This document shows, piece after piece, positions 21,428-34,283 of a stretch of DNA of 64,000 bases. The DNA lies in the NCBI GenBank assembly GCA_040285855.1, contig JAUFOQ010000001.1, positions 3,782,001 to 3,846,000 on the forward strand, given 5' to 3'. The first letter of the stretch is position 1. Each line of letters opens with the position of its first letter. The notes under the pieces are model-generated. The model ran no database searches and was not told the origin of the DNA. It was given only the letters and a program-made list of their open reading frames with translations. Made by a program: the position numbers and the translations under genes. This DNA is from Eukaryota sp. GEM-RC1 (lineage: Eukaryota).

Positions 21428-22624
21428 TTATTGTTCATCTAGAGTAAAATTAAAAATAAAGGTGAAAGCTAATAAAACAACTGGCAAAATGAAATTGCCA
21501 AATAAAACTAATTTGTTCAAAATAGTTGTACACACATTATACTCTTTTGAAAGTGTAAAGACAGTTAATGCATTGGGCAATAAAGTTGAGAACAAAATGA
21601 CATCACGAACAAAGACAGAAAAAGTAAAGAACTGGATGATGCTGAACATCAAAATAGGTGAAGCAATAAACCGTAGAAGAAACAATATAGACAAAAAGTA
21701 AGTGCCACCTTTCGTTAGGTCTAATTGTTCACAATAAGTCGCTGGTTCAAAAGTAAATCCGTCATCTAAAGGTATTCTTTGAGGCTTCTCCTCAAGCTTC
21801 TCCTCTGTTTCGGATACCTTGACCTCAACATCTTCTTGATCAATAGCATCGTCATCTTCACCGGAGAGTTCTTCCTTAACTATTATGTTCATCTTCTTGC
21901 CATCTGATGTGTCTAAATCATATTTGTTCTCTTTAAGCTGTTTCTTTTCCTTAATTTTGGCAGCCATGAACATTCCTATAGAAAACAGACTAGTCCCAAT
22001 CACAGTGTTAGAGAGATAGTGAACTACAGTGTCTAAAACTTCAGGGGTAGGCAGACCTGACCAAGATACGAGAAAGCCAGCAACTACAGCCAGAATGCTC
22101 TTGTTCAACACAACAGCCTTTACCATCCGCTTCTTGTACCCCTCCTTCTTCTCCCCAGCTGATTCTAGTATCAGAATGGAAATTGGGATGTGAAGAATGC
22201 TATTGATTGCACCACCTATAACCATATATCTTGCTGTGAGCTCTCCAAACATTGCTACTCCTATTGGAATTCCCACGATAACATTGTTGTTCCAAACAAA
22301 CGCATTCCAGGAAGTAAATATAGTTTGATTTAGAGGAAGTTTGAACCCGATCTTTTTGGCAGTTATAGCCACAAAAAGGGTTAGTATGAATGATGCGAGC
22401 TTAAATATCAAAGTAGCTACAATAAACTGGGTTTCTACTACTTTGATATCAAGAGATGCCATGAGATTAAACAGTAAAGCGGGGACACAGAAACGATAGA
22501 GAAAAGAGTTGATTTCAGCGATTGCGCAAGGTTTCAAAACATTAGCTGAGATGGCGAGGAATCCCAGCATTATAACAACGAGTGTGGGCACAGTGGCGTT
22601 GAGGACTACTGGAACAAACGACAT
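21428..22624 (-). CDS. AEC/PIN-like (auxin-efflux-carrier family) membrane transporter
   Basis: Two hydrophobic halves around an acidic loop; INSFLYRFCVPALLF, NN..VGIPI, SLFSIGMF, LRFIASP, LPNA motifs. Confidence 0.85.
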   Translation of the reverse strand: MSFVPVVLNATVPTLVVIMLGFLAISANVLKPCAIAEINSFLYRFCVPALLFNLMASLDIKVVETQFIVATLIFKLASFILTLFVAITAKKIGFKLPLNQTIFTSWNAFVWNNNVIVGIPIGVAMFGELTARYMVIGGAINSILHIPISILILESAGEKKEGYKKRMVKAVVLNKSILAVVAGFLVSWSGLPTPEVLDTVVHYLSNTVIGTSLFSIGMFMAAKIKEKKQLKENKYDLDTSDGKKMNIIVKEELSGEDDDAIDQEDVEVKVSETEEKLEEKPQRIPLDDGFTFEPATYCEQLDLTKGGTYFLSILFLLRFIASPILMFSIIQFFTFSVFVRDVILFSTLLPNALTVFTLSKEYNVCTTILNKLVLFGNFILPVVLLAFTFIFNFTLDEQ

Positions 22625-22794
22625 TGGTGTCTTTGGTGGTGACGAAATTCTTTCCAGTTTCTTTCTGTTAAGTCATTATGGTCATCGTTGACTCTATATG
22701 TCATAGAGGTAACGTTGTTCATTCCTAAAGTCATACTAAACAAACCGACTTGTAGTTTTATGTTAGATCAAATTGCACCTTCTTGCAAATCTTT

Positions 22795-23225
22795 ATGTTT
22801 GCAAAAAGTGCATTCAAGGATGCTAAAAATGATGTTTCTCCACTGAATTCTTCAGAACAATACAAGAGAAACAAATATGATGAACCATTGACTGCTCTCA
22901 AACATATTAGACATGTTGAGTACAAATTATGTCCTTTTGCAATTTCAATTTATGGTCCACTTGGTAGAGATGCTCTTTGTTTTCTCTCTGATTTTGAGAA
23001 AGTGGTCAAAAAAAGAATGAACAAGAAATTTGATTTCAAATTTTGGTTGAATCGTATTGTTTTTACTATATTTAAAACAATTCGTATCATGATTTCAAAA
23101 GCTCTATTAGCTCTCAGTGTTTTTTATGAAGAAAAAGCTGATGTGAGTTTTAATGGCAATGATTTTTGCTTTAATGATGTTGAGTTCTAGTATTTGTGTC
23201 ATTTTAGTCTTTTTGTTCCATAAAT
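22795..23225 (+). mobile_element. 3' fragment of CRE-like family A
   Basis: SAFKDAKN..EQYKRNKY...FNDVEF*, near-identical to the other family A ends. Confidence 0.9.
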
Positions 23226-23699
23226 GTATAACAAGAAAATCTTCACCACACACCTTTTTTTCAACTGATTTATAGAATACAAACACTGATATCTGTTGCT
23301 GATTGTTTGTGTGATGTCATATTTTTGTCTTATGGTATCTAATGTAGGTTTATTATGTACTGAATTTAGCACATAACAACAAAGTATATATCAAATTTTA
23401 GTTTTACTGTTTCATTACATTTATTAACTTGAATATCCTATTATGTTTTATCTATGTACCCTTCACGTTCTTCAATCAAACTGATAGAGATTTGTGACAA
23501 TCTCTACTATTGTTACGTGTCAAGAAGAGAGATCTCTTTTTCTTTTGTTTTTTACAGAACATCTAGGAGCAAATTAGTCCAAAACATAAGGAAAACAGGA
23601 AATACATTCTAGGAAACACCGAAATTGTCTGATCATTCAACAACACTATAACTATACTACTTGACGATAATGAAAGATTTTTATGTTATAAATTTACGA

Positions 23700-23975
23700 A
23701 ATACAAACTAAATAAATGATCCACATCTACTCTTGAACTACTACGATACAATTTGTCCAGAATACGATTCAAATACTTGGGAAACTTCTGTATAAGGAAA
23801 AAACAATGCGATGGCGTCAAAGAGACTGATTAAAATTTTTCCTATGGTCGCGGCACAACTTTGAAAAGGCATCAAAGAAATTTTCAGCAGCAAATCCAAT
23901 ATTACCAAGAATTGAAATAGCAAAAGGAATGAACTTAAAAGAAGAATACAAATTGGAAATCAGTTTGATCATCTA
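23700..23975 (-). mobile_element. Degenerate 3' fragment of a further CRE-like family (D)
   Basis: Minus strand reads FIPFAISILGNIG...HRIVFSLYRSFP...RILDKL; the 20-mer AATAAATGATCCACATCTAC recurs at ~16047. Confidence 0.7.
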
Positions 23976-24316
23976 GATTGTGTCAGAATATACACTAATA
24001 TTTCTTTTACTTGATGATATTTTTTTTAATAAACTCCTAAAGTTTTTCAAAACTTTTGAAACAGAGACGATCTCCGACGCTTCTGCTCAGTCGAATTGAT
24101 AAACTGGACTTTGATTCATCTGATTTGATTTCCATTCAACTGCGCGTTCCAATAAGTGAGCATTGCCAGCTTGATCACATTTGGTACTTACGTGATTAAT
24201 TACGAGGTCTTCAGAGCTCCTCCATTGGTTTCAGAGTCAAGAGATCACTCTGAAACTGTTAAAATAGACATTGCTTAAAATTGGACAAACCACCTTCCAT
24301 TGTGTCTCGTCTTCAA

Positions 24317-25597
24317 ATGGGCACCTGTTCATCTAAGCCAGTTCCATCCTCATCGAATCTGATATCTTCTCCATGGATTAATTCTACTTCTGCTATAACC
24401 TCCAACTTAATTCACTCTCACATCGAGTCTGTCTCCTGTTGTCTAGTCTCTGATGATGGCAAGTACATAGCATCAGCTGCAAATGACGGAACTGTCATCC
24501 TCTCTTGTCCTTCAGACTCTACTCAATTCTCTCTAAGCCACATCCACCCTGTTCATTGGCCTCACGATACTCCTTGTCCAACAGAGTACGATCCTGACGA
24601 TATCTCTCATTTCGGTGTATTCAACATTGTCAAACTCAGCTACTCCTTAACTTCTCTCCATGTTCTGCTTACAGGAAGTGCTAACAACGCTGTACGTAGC
24701 TGGGATCTCAAGACTGGAAAGCTTATCCACATGTTCACCAACTTTCAAGGCTCTGTACTTTCCCTAGAAGTCTCCCCCTTTGACAATTCTCTGTTCGCCT
24801 TCTCCAACGATCCTGGTTCTGATCACTTCCCTTCCATCCTTGCTATCTGCTCAGTTAAAGGGAAAGAACTTAGAAGGAAGAATCTTGGTATGACTGAATC
24901 TAAGGTAGTTTGGTCAAGTGCAAATAAGCTGATAGTTTGTGGCCATAAGGATGGAAAACCAAAGATATTTATCTATGATTATGTCAAAGATTTGGTTGAA
25001 AAGGTTGAAGTTCCGGTTAAGGCAAGTGTCACGTCAGTTGATGTGAAATTGATTGGTAATCAGTACTTTGCAGTTAGATTCGAAGTCGATGTTGCCTCCA
25101 TTGATTACCACCTTCCTACTTGGGAACATTTCTATTTATTTGGAATTAACGGATCTTTTATCAAATCTATTCCAGTTATATCCGATGTTGAATTGTTAGA
25201 CACGTCATTTTCATTCACTTTTTTCCCTACAAATTCTAAAGGAATTGAAAATTTACAAAATATTTACGTTGGAATGTCGACACCAGAAGGTCCTGTTACT
25301 ATTTTTAAAAATCAACCAGATAATGACGAAGAACTAACGGAAATTTCAAAATTGTCAGATTCTGCTCTTTTAGACTTGGATTCAGGACAGAACATTGCTG
25401 TTGTCTCTCAAAATAATCTAAATTTGGTTAAAATTTTAAAATTAAGTGATCCTGAACAGGTTCTGTTTTCTTCGGATTCAGATCCAAATTTTAAAAATTT
25501 CAAGAATTCATCACGAGTCGTTTGTTCTTCAATTTGTCCTATGTCTGGTAAAGTTATTCTAGGATTTACAGATGGTTCAGTTTTCAAGGTTTCGTAG
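24317..25597 (+). CDS. WD40-repeat protein with a predicted N-terminal acylation motif
   Basis: MGTCSSK start; IASAANDGTV and LLTGSANNAVRSWD WD repeats. Confidence 0.8.
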   Translation: MGTCSSKPVPSSSNLISSPWINSTSAITSNLIHSHIESVSCCLVSDDGKYIASAANDGTVILSCPSDSTQFSLSHIHPVHWPHDTPCPTEYDPDDISHFGVFNIVKLSYSLTSLHVLLTGSANNAVRSWDLKTGKLIHMFTNFQGSVLSLEVSPFDNSLFAFSNDPGSDHFPSILAICSVKGKELRRKNLGMTESKVVWSSANKLIVCGHKDGKPKIFIYDYVKDLVEKVEVPVKASVTSVDVKLIGNQYFAVRFEVDVASIDYHLPTWEHFYLFGINGSFIKSIPVISDVELLDTSFSFTFFPTNSKGIENLQNIYVGMSTPEGPVTIFKNQPDNDEELTEISKLSDSALLDLDSGQNIAVVSQNNLNLVKILKLSDPEQVLFSSDSDPNFKNFKNSSRVVCSSICPMSGKVILGFTDGSVFKVS

Positions 25598-25862
25598 TTT
25601 TAAAATATTTCAAATATTTCTCTTGATATTTCTAGTTTTCTCAATGGCATTTTGTATATTACATGTATTATTACTTTGGTTAATATAGTATTTTTATTGA
25701 TTTTATTTGAGAAAAGACTACATGTATTGGAAAGGCTTGTTGTCGTATTCTGACACCTATTTAAGAAACCTTGTAAGAATCATTCAGCTTTTTATTCTGG
25801 TATAACTCATTTTTCAATAGATTCTACACATTAACATCTACAATATTTACACGAATAAACAA

Positions 25863-27409
25863 TCAATCAACGATTTCAATGACGTGAGAAGAGTGACTAA
25901 TAAAGAAAAAAGGATAATAAACATCACCCACGTCATCAAAGTTCGTGATCACGTTAATATATCCAGAATTGATTTCCTTGATTGAGAAAGTATTATTCCT
26001 CAGGTCAGCAGTTAATTCTAGTACATCACCAGTATTCCACTTAGAAAATGATCCTGAGAGGTTTCCTTTGGAGTCGTTATAGATATACTTTGAATTAGTC
26101 ATGTTACCTAGTTGAGATGAAGAATTAAAGTTCTTAAGTAGAACAATTCCAATACTAACAATATAAACACCACTACTGTTCTGATACCTAACTTTCCACT
26201 TATAAACACCCCCTTTCATCAAGGGTTTATCACCTAGAATTGAACGGTGACCAATACTTCCACTGCAGGAAATCCTCTTACCAGAGTTCGATATAACAAT
26301 ATCAGAATGTTTATGCTGAGGAGAAAAAGACATTGGAGTGGAAGAGTTTCTTAGCACCTCATTATCTTTCTCTAATTGATTAATCTTGTTCAAGAGTGCT
26401 TCATTATTTAATAAAAGAGAATCAAACTTTTGTTGAGTTTCGACGTTAACTTTTTGAGTTTCATCATTAACCTTTTGAATGTTTTGATTTTCGATCAAAA
26501 GAGAATCAAATTTCTGTTGAATTTCAGAATTAACTTTTTGAGTTTCATCATTAACCTTTTGAATGTTTTGATTTTCCAACAAAAGAGAATCAAATTTTTG
26601 TTGAATTTCAGCATTAACTTTTTGAATATGTTCTTTTCACTGACAAGTTTTTCAAAGAACTGAACTCGAAGACGTTCTTGATGAAATTTCATCAAAACTT
26701 CCTTACAGTTTTCAAATATTTCAAGAGGTTCAAGTAACAACTCATTCCAATCGTTCCAATCAAACAAATCAATTTTGATCGAGTTCAAAACACCTTCCAA
26801 TTCTGAACAATCAAAAGAATCTTCTTCTATTGACTTCACTAGACTTCTGACAAACCAGCAAAGACTTTCCTTAGATCCACAAAATTCGTTCTCGTTAATA
26901 GAAATAAGAAAAGAAGTGGAAAGACAAAGAGGAGGAAATGAAGAGACTTTCTGAATGAAAGGACCTGCAAACAAAAGTGCACGAAGATCATCCACTTTGT
27001 TGGCTTCAGAGATGAAGGTAGACAAGTATTGGGAGTCTACGAGTGAAGAGTTGAGTGATGACGTGATTTGAAAAGATAGGGCATCACATTTAAAGTAGTG
27101 GGAAAGATAGAAGAGATCGTATGCATTGTCTTTGGTGATCTCCGCATCTTGACCATAGAGAGAGCGGAAGAATGTGGTGAGAGAAGAGAGAGAAACAGGG
27201 AGATTGGAAAGATCTAAAGGGTTCTCGTGTTTGTCACTGAAGTCTAGGTGCCAGAGATCGTGGAAGAACTTGCAGTTGAGAGCAAGAACGTCGCGATTTA
27301 CATGGAGAAGTTCATCGTTAAATAGAATCTGTTGATCAGCAAGATCCTCGTTGAAGAGAAGATCTGATAGTACTTTGGCTGGGGAGAATCCAAAAGGGGT
27401 TGAAGTCAT
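25863..27409 (-). CDS. BTB/POZ - coiled coil - SPRY/B30.2 protein; frameshift at ~26620
   Basis: ADQQILFN...HVNRDVLALNCKFF...FFRSLYG...NAYDL..LSHYF BTB; coiled-coil repeats; GVYKWKV..IGIV..TGDVLEL..D...YYPF SPRY. Confidence 0.85.
26413..26627 (-). repeat. Coding coiled-coil tandem repeats (~75-bp period)
   Basis: Repeated QQKFDSLL.ENQNIQKVNDETQKVN.E units. Confidence 0.8.
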
Positions 27410-27791
27410 GATGGGAGAAGAAAAAATCTTTTGTTTCTTCCAAGTCACATTTGACTCATGTAATATCTCAACTTCAGTTTAAATTAACAGTATTCAGAAT
27501 ACAATAAGACAATAAATCCACTAAAAAAACAGAAGACAGAAAAACAATTTGTTTTTGATCAATTTGTTTGATTTAACTTGATAAAGGACTTTTCAAAAAA
27601 AACACATATTGCAACAAATTTTGTGTTTATTAAATGAATAATGTAAAATTCCAGAGAATTCACTATGAAGTCGATTGCACCAAAAAGAATCAAATTGTTT
27701 AATAAAGCTTCTTTTAAAAAACCCCTTTTCAACACATTTACTCGAAAAACGAAGTCAAAAATATATTGGTAATTTTAAAAGACAAAAAGAT

Positions 27792-28561
27792 TTACAAAAA
27801 AACCCGTCTCCTCAAAATTAAATCACGATCATCTTTAAACTTTTTCATGTACCATGATTTAGACAAATAAGCCTCAAAAAGACGATTAACTAAAACGAAA
27901 ACGAAAACGAAAAGAACAATCAGAAAAGATTGAGAATTTTGTATAGACAAAAGTACAAATGTCAAATATATTAAAATTTCAGCAGAATAATGAGGGCAAA
28001 TTATACTATTAAAGAAAACTCCTTTTGGTATAGAATATTTCCTTAATCCAGCAAGAGTTTTATGACAAAAGTACTGGACAACATTGAGAAAAGCAGATAC
28101 AAACAGTATCAACGAGAGAAGAGTAGAAGGGAAGTGAACATTGAGTGGATAGAGACAGGAAATGAAAAGAGAGACGGGTGTTACAAGGTAGAAGAAAAGT
28201 CCGGCAAAGAAGTTAATCAGACCTATTAAGTGATTTCCGAATTTAGTAATGAAGAGGGTTTCCACCAGTCGTCTCAAGCAGTGACAACAGAACAGAAGAA
28301 GAAGAAACTGACGTGCCAAGGACCAATTAGAGTTGAAAAGAAGAGAGTGGAAAAGATCAATGAAAGAAGGAATCCAACAGAATAGTAGACAGTGAAGGAA
28401 AGTTTGTGGGAGAAGCGGTAGTAGAAGTCCAATCGTTGAGAAGAAGTTTGAAGCTTTCCCAAAGACCCAAGAACATTAAAAGGAAAGAAGTTTATCATTT
28501 TAAGGACATATGCTACTGATGCTAAAGTCCAAACGAACACTACTAGAAGAAGGAGAGACAT
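27792..28561 (-). CDS. Steroid 5-alpha-reductase family, polyprenol reductase (SRD5A3/DFG10)-like; frameshift at ~28320
   Basis: HCLRRLVE, HKTLAGLR, YSIPKG.FF..IICPHY.AEILIY and SWY.KKF motifs. Confidence 0.85.
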
Positions 28562-28597
28562 TCAGAAAACCAACAAAATTTGCTCCACATTTACCCA

Positions 28598-31500
28598 ATG
28601 CCATCCTTGCAATCTTCTTCAGATTCAGACATTGAGGTGCTCTATGACTATGACTCACCATATGACTCTGAAGAAGTCAGTGGTGATACTTCCTCAAGCG
28701 AACTTGATTCTGACCTGGAAGACCTCGACGTTGAACGAATTCTTTGGTTCCGTCGCAGCTCATCATCTGACCCACCATCCTTTGAATATCTCATTAAGTT
28801 CCTTTCCAAATCATATCTTTCTTGTCAATGGTTACACCAAACTACTGTCAAAAAACTCTGCAAACACCGCCTTGCTTGCTTTCATCGTAAACATGGCTTT
28901 GAGCCCGAGTCTTTTGAGGCTGAATATCCCTTTGGAATCCACCCTGATTGGCTTAAGATAGACAAGGTCATCAACCGAGATACAAAGCAAGCAAACGAAC
29001 CTCAATACCTTGTCAAATGGAGAGGCCTACCTTACTCTGACTGTACTTGGGAGATAGTAAGTGAGTTTAAGAAGAGTGGAGGAGATGAGAAGATGTTAGA
29101 GGAAGCCATTGAAGAGTATTTGGGGGTTGAGAAAAGGCTTTGGAAACGGTCAAAACTGAAGAAAAAGTTTGACCAAAACGTGATCATTGAAGAATCTTGT
29201 AGTTGGTTTAATGGAAAACTGTTTGATTATCAAATTGAAGGTGTTCAATTTCTCGTGAATTCCTTCAAAAATTCTAAAAATGTGATTTTGGCTGATGAAA
29301 TGGGTCTAGGTAAAACTATTCAATGCTTGGCTTTTTCTTTCCTCTTTGAGAAAATTTAATGTTTTCGGACCATTTTTGATTGTTGTTCCACTTAGTACGA
29401 TTGCTAATTGGGAAATTGAACTGTCACGTTGGGTCACTGATCTCTATTCAATCACGTTTATGGGTGATTCTGATTCAAGGCAAGTTCTAATCGATAATGA
29501 TTGGTTCATTAATGAAAAATCTCCCGCTTCTGTTTCTGATGAACATTATGCTAAAGTTAAAAATTCAATGATGGTTTCTGGACGTAAACCGTTGCGTTTT
29601 AATATCTGCTTTACTGCATATGATCAAATTGTCAATAATTCTTCTTTTTTTAAAAAAGTAAAATGGCAATCAATCATTGTTGATGAAGCCCATCGACTTA
29701 AAAATAACGAAAGTAAATTATTTAAATGTTTGAAAGAGTTTAATTATGCTCATTCTGTGCTTTTGACAGGTACTCCTCTTCAAAACAATTTAGATGAGCT
29801 TTTTAATTTATTACATTTTATTGATCCGAAGCATTTTGATTGTGGAGAAGTGGAAGTTGAAAAGATTCGACAATCAATGGGCGGTGATGACGTGGATGAT
29901 TCTAGAGACAATGTCAAGCACGTGGCTGCCGGCCAGCTTCGTGATCGGATTTCTGGTTTAATTTTAAGAAGAACTAAAGCAGATATTTCTTTAAAAATAC
30001 CTCCGAAAATTGAACGAGTTGTTAAAATAGATCTCACCCCTTGGCAACGCTATCTTTACAAGGTGATTTTGACGAAGAATTACCCAGCTTTAGCTTCAGC
30101 AATTGACGTCGGCAGATCGAATCTCGGCAGCAACCAAAAAAATCCAAGGAATCGTGCTTCATTACAAAATATCACTATGCAGCTCCTAAAAGTCTGCAAT
30201 CATTCATTTTGATTGATCCTGACCTGTCACTTGATTACGATGATGATGTGATTGGTCAAGAGAATTCTCCAGAAGATTCAGCCCTCAGAAGACTTATTCA
30301 AGGGAGTGGGAAGCTTCTACTTCTAGAACAATTACTCAATCGGCTCATAATCAATGGCAATCAACATCGAGTTTTGATCTTTTCTCAATTAGTCATGATG
30401 ATTGACGTGATTGCTGAGTTTTTGATTGCAAAAGGGGTTGATTTTGAGCGTATCGATGGCTCAGTTGCCAAAACTGACAGACAACAATCAATCGAAAGAT
30501 TCAATGATCCCAACTCTGAAACTAAGATCTTTTTACTGTCCACTCTTGCTGGAGGATTAGGAATCAACTTAGCTTCTGCTGACACAGTTATACTCATGGA
30601 TTCCCAATGGAACCCTCATAATGACCTTCAGGCTTTATCCAGGGCTCATAGAATTGGTCAAAAGAACAGCGTCTTAGTACTTAGACTGGTATGTAGTAAC
30701 TCTGTTGAAGAGAAAGTGTTAGAAGTTGGAAGAAAGAAGTTGGCTTTGGAGTCTGTTGTTGACGCTATTCATTCTAAAAACAAAGGACAATCACGATTGA
30801 CTTTGAAAGACTTTGATGAGGCGTTACGTCATGGAGCTACTGAGATTGTTACTGGAATATCGTTCAAAAACACTGAAAATGCGAATTCTGCTGAAGTTTT
30901 GGAAGATTTAAAATCTAAATTTACAGAAGCTCAATTCACAAAACCGTGTGTCAACGGCCAAGCTTTTACGGATGAAGTATTTGAAAAGTTGTTAGATCGA
31001 AATACCGAGCAGTTTTCTGAAAATCCATTGGGGTTCTTTTATGATGATGCCACCAATGCAGAAAAGTCTTCAATTTCTTCTGTAGGGCAAAAAACTGACG
31101 CAACTTTCTGGGATTCACTGTTAAAAGAAAGTTATCAATCATCAGTTCAAAAAGAAGAAGAAAATCTAGGAAAAGGACAACGTAATGTTTCTAAAAATAT
31201 TGATTACACTGAAGCAGCAAAATTAAAAATTTAGATTCTGTTTCTGAAGACGACTATGACACGTCATCAGAAAGCTCAGAATTCGAAGTTGATTTCAGAG
31301 AAGTCTTTGAAGATCGTCCAGAGTTAGTTTCTAGAATAGAGTCACTTTTTGAGAAGGAATTTGATTGTGAAATGCACAGTGAAGACGATTCAGAATTAAT
31401 TTATGGTCTTTCAGAAAAAGACCGCAATTTAATTATTTCATTTATTCTAAAATTTGGACTTTTTTCAGGGTCAATTGATGATATATTTGACAAATTTACC

Positions 31501-32109
31501 GCAACCACCAAGTGTCCAAAAATTGAACAAAATAAGAAAGGTTTTGTTGCATTTTTCAAATCTATATGTCGTTATCTACTTCTTTTTGATATTTTAGTTC
31601 AAAATTCTGTTGAAATTTGGCCTTTTGAATATTTCCCTGACGGTGTAGGAGTAGGTTTACTTCCTGAAAAACTATGTCAAGAATTGCTATCACGAGTTTC
31701 TTTCTTTGCTGCAGTTAAACAGATTCTTAAAGACCCAACGTGTTTGCTCTTTATGGGAAGTTTTAAATTATTTGCAAAATTTCAATTATTTCCAGGATTA
31801 AAAACTGGTTCTTGGGGAATTGACCACGATTGCTTTTTGTTAACTTCCCTTTTAGATATTGGTTATGGCAAGTGGAGTGAAATAAGCAAACAAAACTTCG
31901 ATAATATGACTATTGGTGATATTGCCATTGAGATGTTTGTCAAAGAATTTAAAATATTAAATAATTCTGAAGATGTTCCAGAGGAGAAACTAACTCATTT
32001 TCAACGAAATTTGTCTAAATGGATTAAAAAACGCATCACAAGTATTGTGGATTTCCATGATCGACAACAATTCATGTCGAATATTTCAAAAAGTCTGACT
32101 ATTTCTTGA
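28598..32109 (+). CDS. CHD3/PICKLE-like chromatin remodeller (two chromodomains, SNF2 ATPase, C-terminal DNA-binding region); frameshifts at ~29350, ~30208, ~31225
   Basis: YLIKF/YLVKW chromodomains; ILADEMGLGKT, VDEAHRLKN, LTGTPLQN, RVLIFSQ, GGLGINL, QALSRAHRIGQ, LGKGQR, IGYGKW. Confidence 0.93.
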
Positions 32110-32429
32110 TTACTTCTATTTCTGTTCTGGTTTCCTGTGATTATACTTTCTCTGTTAAATTGAAATTTTTGAATTTTTTGCTGGTTCATGGACATTTTTG
32201 CTTGTTTATTGTTTGAAGGGTGATTAGAACAATTTTTAAATTAATTAATTATTACATTTGGAATATGACAAATCAAGTGTTACTTGATGGTTTTTGGCAT
32301 CATTAGCCATTTTTGAGATTTTACAATTATTGCATAAATTATTTCGTATTTGTTATTTTAGAATATACCTAAAATGACATCTGGCACTTTGTTTGACGTT
32401 AAATAACACCACAAACGCTCTTCTTTCTA

Positions 32430-32945
32430 ATAAGTTTACACAGTCGGATATCAACTTTACCTCAATGTAATCAATGTAAAAGAGTGATTTTATTGACCCT
32501 TGGTTGTCATGTCAAGAAATTGTTATTGATTTTACGACCGTTGATCCTTACAAAGCTTCAGCTATTGCAAATATTTTGAATACTTACAAATGATCCGTTG
32601 AAGGACGCTGGAAACGCCAAAGTGTCTCAGTACGCACATCAAGTTGGTGCATTGAATTCACGAAGACACAATAATATCCTTTTTCAGCCTTTTGCAGTTT
32701 CTTTGTACGGAAATTTCGGTCCACGACCAACAGTACCAAAAACGAAAATAAAAAACAACACAAATTGCACATACAAAGATTCATAATGTCGTTTTGAAAT
32801 TTCAATTTACGGTCAACTCGATAAGAATACTTTCTGTTTTGTCTCTGATATTCAGAAAGTTGGGAACAAAAGAATTAGCAAAAGTTTGAAGGAAAAGTTT
32901 CTGTGAGTTTCAATGACAATCATTGTTGCTTTAAGAAATATTCAT
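32430..32945 (+). mobile_element. Degenerate CRE-like 3' fragments (family B-like, then A-like)
   Basis: PWLSCQEIVIDFTTVDP and FQPFAVSLYGNFGP, followed by a decayed ISIYGQL..FCF.SD..KV segment. Confidence 0.7.
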
Positions 32946-33049
32946 AGATGAAACCGACAACATTAATACCAGTGTAGAAATAAAAGCTATGAAACACTAG
33001 ACACCGAAAATTCCTGGTCAACAGTACCACAGTTTTTAAACAACTTCAT

Positions 33050-33440
33050 GATAATTGATTGGAAAAACTTATGCACCTAACGTAAGAAAGAAAAAAATCC
33101 AACGGTTATGCCAAAGTGATTAGTTAAATCTCTTATTCTGAGACTTACACATAGATCCAAAATCAGTTAAAAACTTGGAAGCCATTTCACCAATACTATA
33201 TACAATATATCCAAATCCAAATTGTCAATAACTGAGACTAACGAACTTAGCCAAGGAGTAGAATGAATGAGATTTTCATTAAACAAAAAACCGTATCTGG
33301 ATTTAAATTCAAAAGATGATTCTTCTTTCCACCAATAAAGAAACTTTCAGTTAAGTATGAAGCTCGTGGAAAGCCCACACCGCCAAAATTAGCCGATGAA
33401 AACGCATGATAAAGCAATTTCGAGTCATTAACCTCTACAT
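33050..33440 (-). mobile_element. Degenerate CRE-like internal fragment
   Basis: Minus strand HAFSSANFGGVGF...FFIGG aligns with HIFSDPHLGGIGF...AFIGG of family A. Confidence 0.6.
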
Positions 33441-33590
33441 GATCAATTTTGTTAGTTTAATGTATTTAGTTCTGGTTTTTGTTCACTGTTTCTGTACTAT
33501 AGAATTTAACAAATAAAAGAAAAAAGGCGATTTAAGATTGTTCTAATTTGATTTTCACTTTTGTTCATTTATCTTCTTCACTCTTCCTAA

Positions 33591-34283
33591 ATGGATGTAT
33601 CTGTTCATCATTACCTTGCTGGAAACATCCCAGTTCAAATCAAGCCTAGATTTGATCTCTCTGACGAAGCTTTCCACTTCATTTCTGGTGATGTTGGCCC
33701 TCTCTACAAAGACCAGATAACAACCGTACCCTTATGGATGGCTTTGTTTCTTGCACATGAAAATAAACATGCTTCAGTAATTGTCCCCGAATGGTTGAAC
33801 AAAGAATCATTACAAGAAATTCTCTTCACTGAACGCAACGAACGTACCTTTGCTCCTCTCCCATCAGAACATTTCTGGGAGCTATCCATACTTGTGCTTT
33901 CCGTTGAAGGTAACGGACCCACAGTGGTCACACTCAAGCGAACCCTTGACCAGATACTCGCTGTAAGGCAGAAGAAGGCTAGGATAGGTATGCAGATGGT
34001 TACGGGAAAGGAAGACGCTTTCCTCTTTGCAGAACTTACAAGCTTTGAACTACTGACTCTGAGGACAACTCTAACTACTGCTTTGAAACTCTTCACTACG
34101 TTAGGATCAGGAGATACCTTGGGAGAAGCAGTTGCTGCTGACTCATCGTCACGTTCTTTAGGGTCAATAGGCACGTCATCAGCTTCGTCTTCTGGTATGG
34201 TTATGGATGTTGATGATTTGCAGATTGATGGTACTTTTCCTTCAATTGGAGGTGATTCAGATTTATTTAATTATTTCAATTAA
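33591..34283 (+). CDS. PSF2: GINS complex subunit Psf2
   Basis: FISGDVGP...VPLWMALFL...PEWLN...ER...FAPLPS.HFWE motifs. Confidence 0.9.
   Translation: MDVSVHHYLAGNIPVQIKPRFDLSDEAFHFISGDVGPLYKDQITTVPLWMALFLAHENKHASVIVPEWLNKESLQEILFTERNERTFAPLPSEHFWELSILVLSVEGNGPTVVTLKRTLDQILAVRQKKARIGMQMVTGKEDAFLFAELTSFELLTLRTTLTTALKLFTTLGSGDTLGEAVAADSSSRSLGSIGTSSASSSGMVMDVDDLQIDGTFPSIGGDSDLFNYFN

Noticed and set aside
33380..33388. E2F-like TTTTGGCGG upstream of PSF2
   Set aside because: It is the NFGG codons of a decayed CRE fragment and lies ~200 bp from the ATG.
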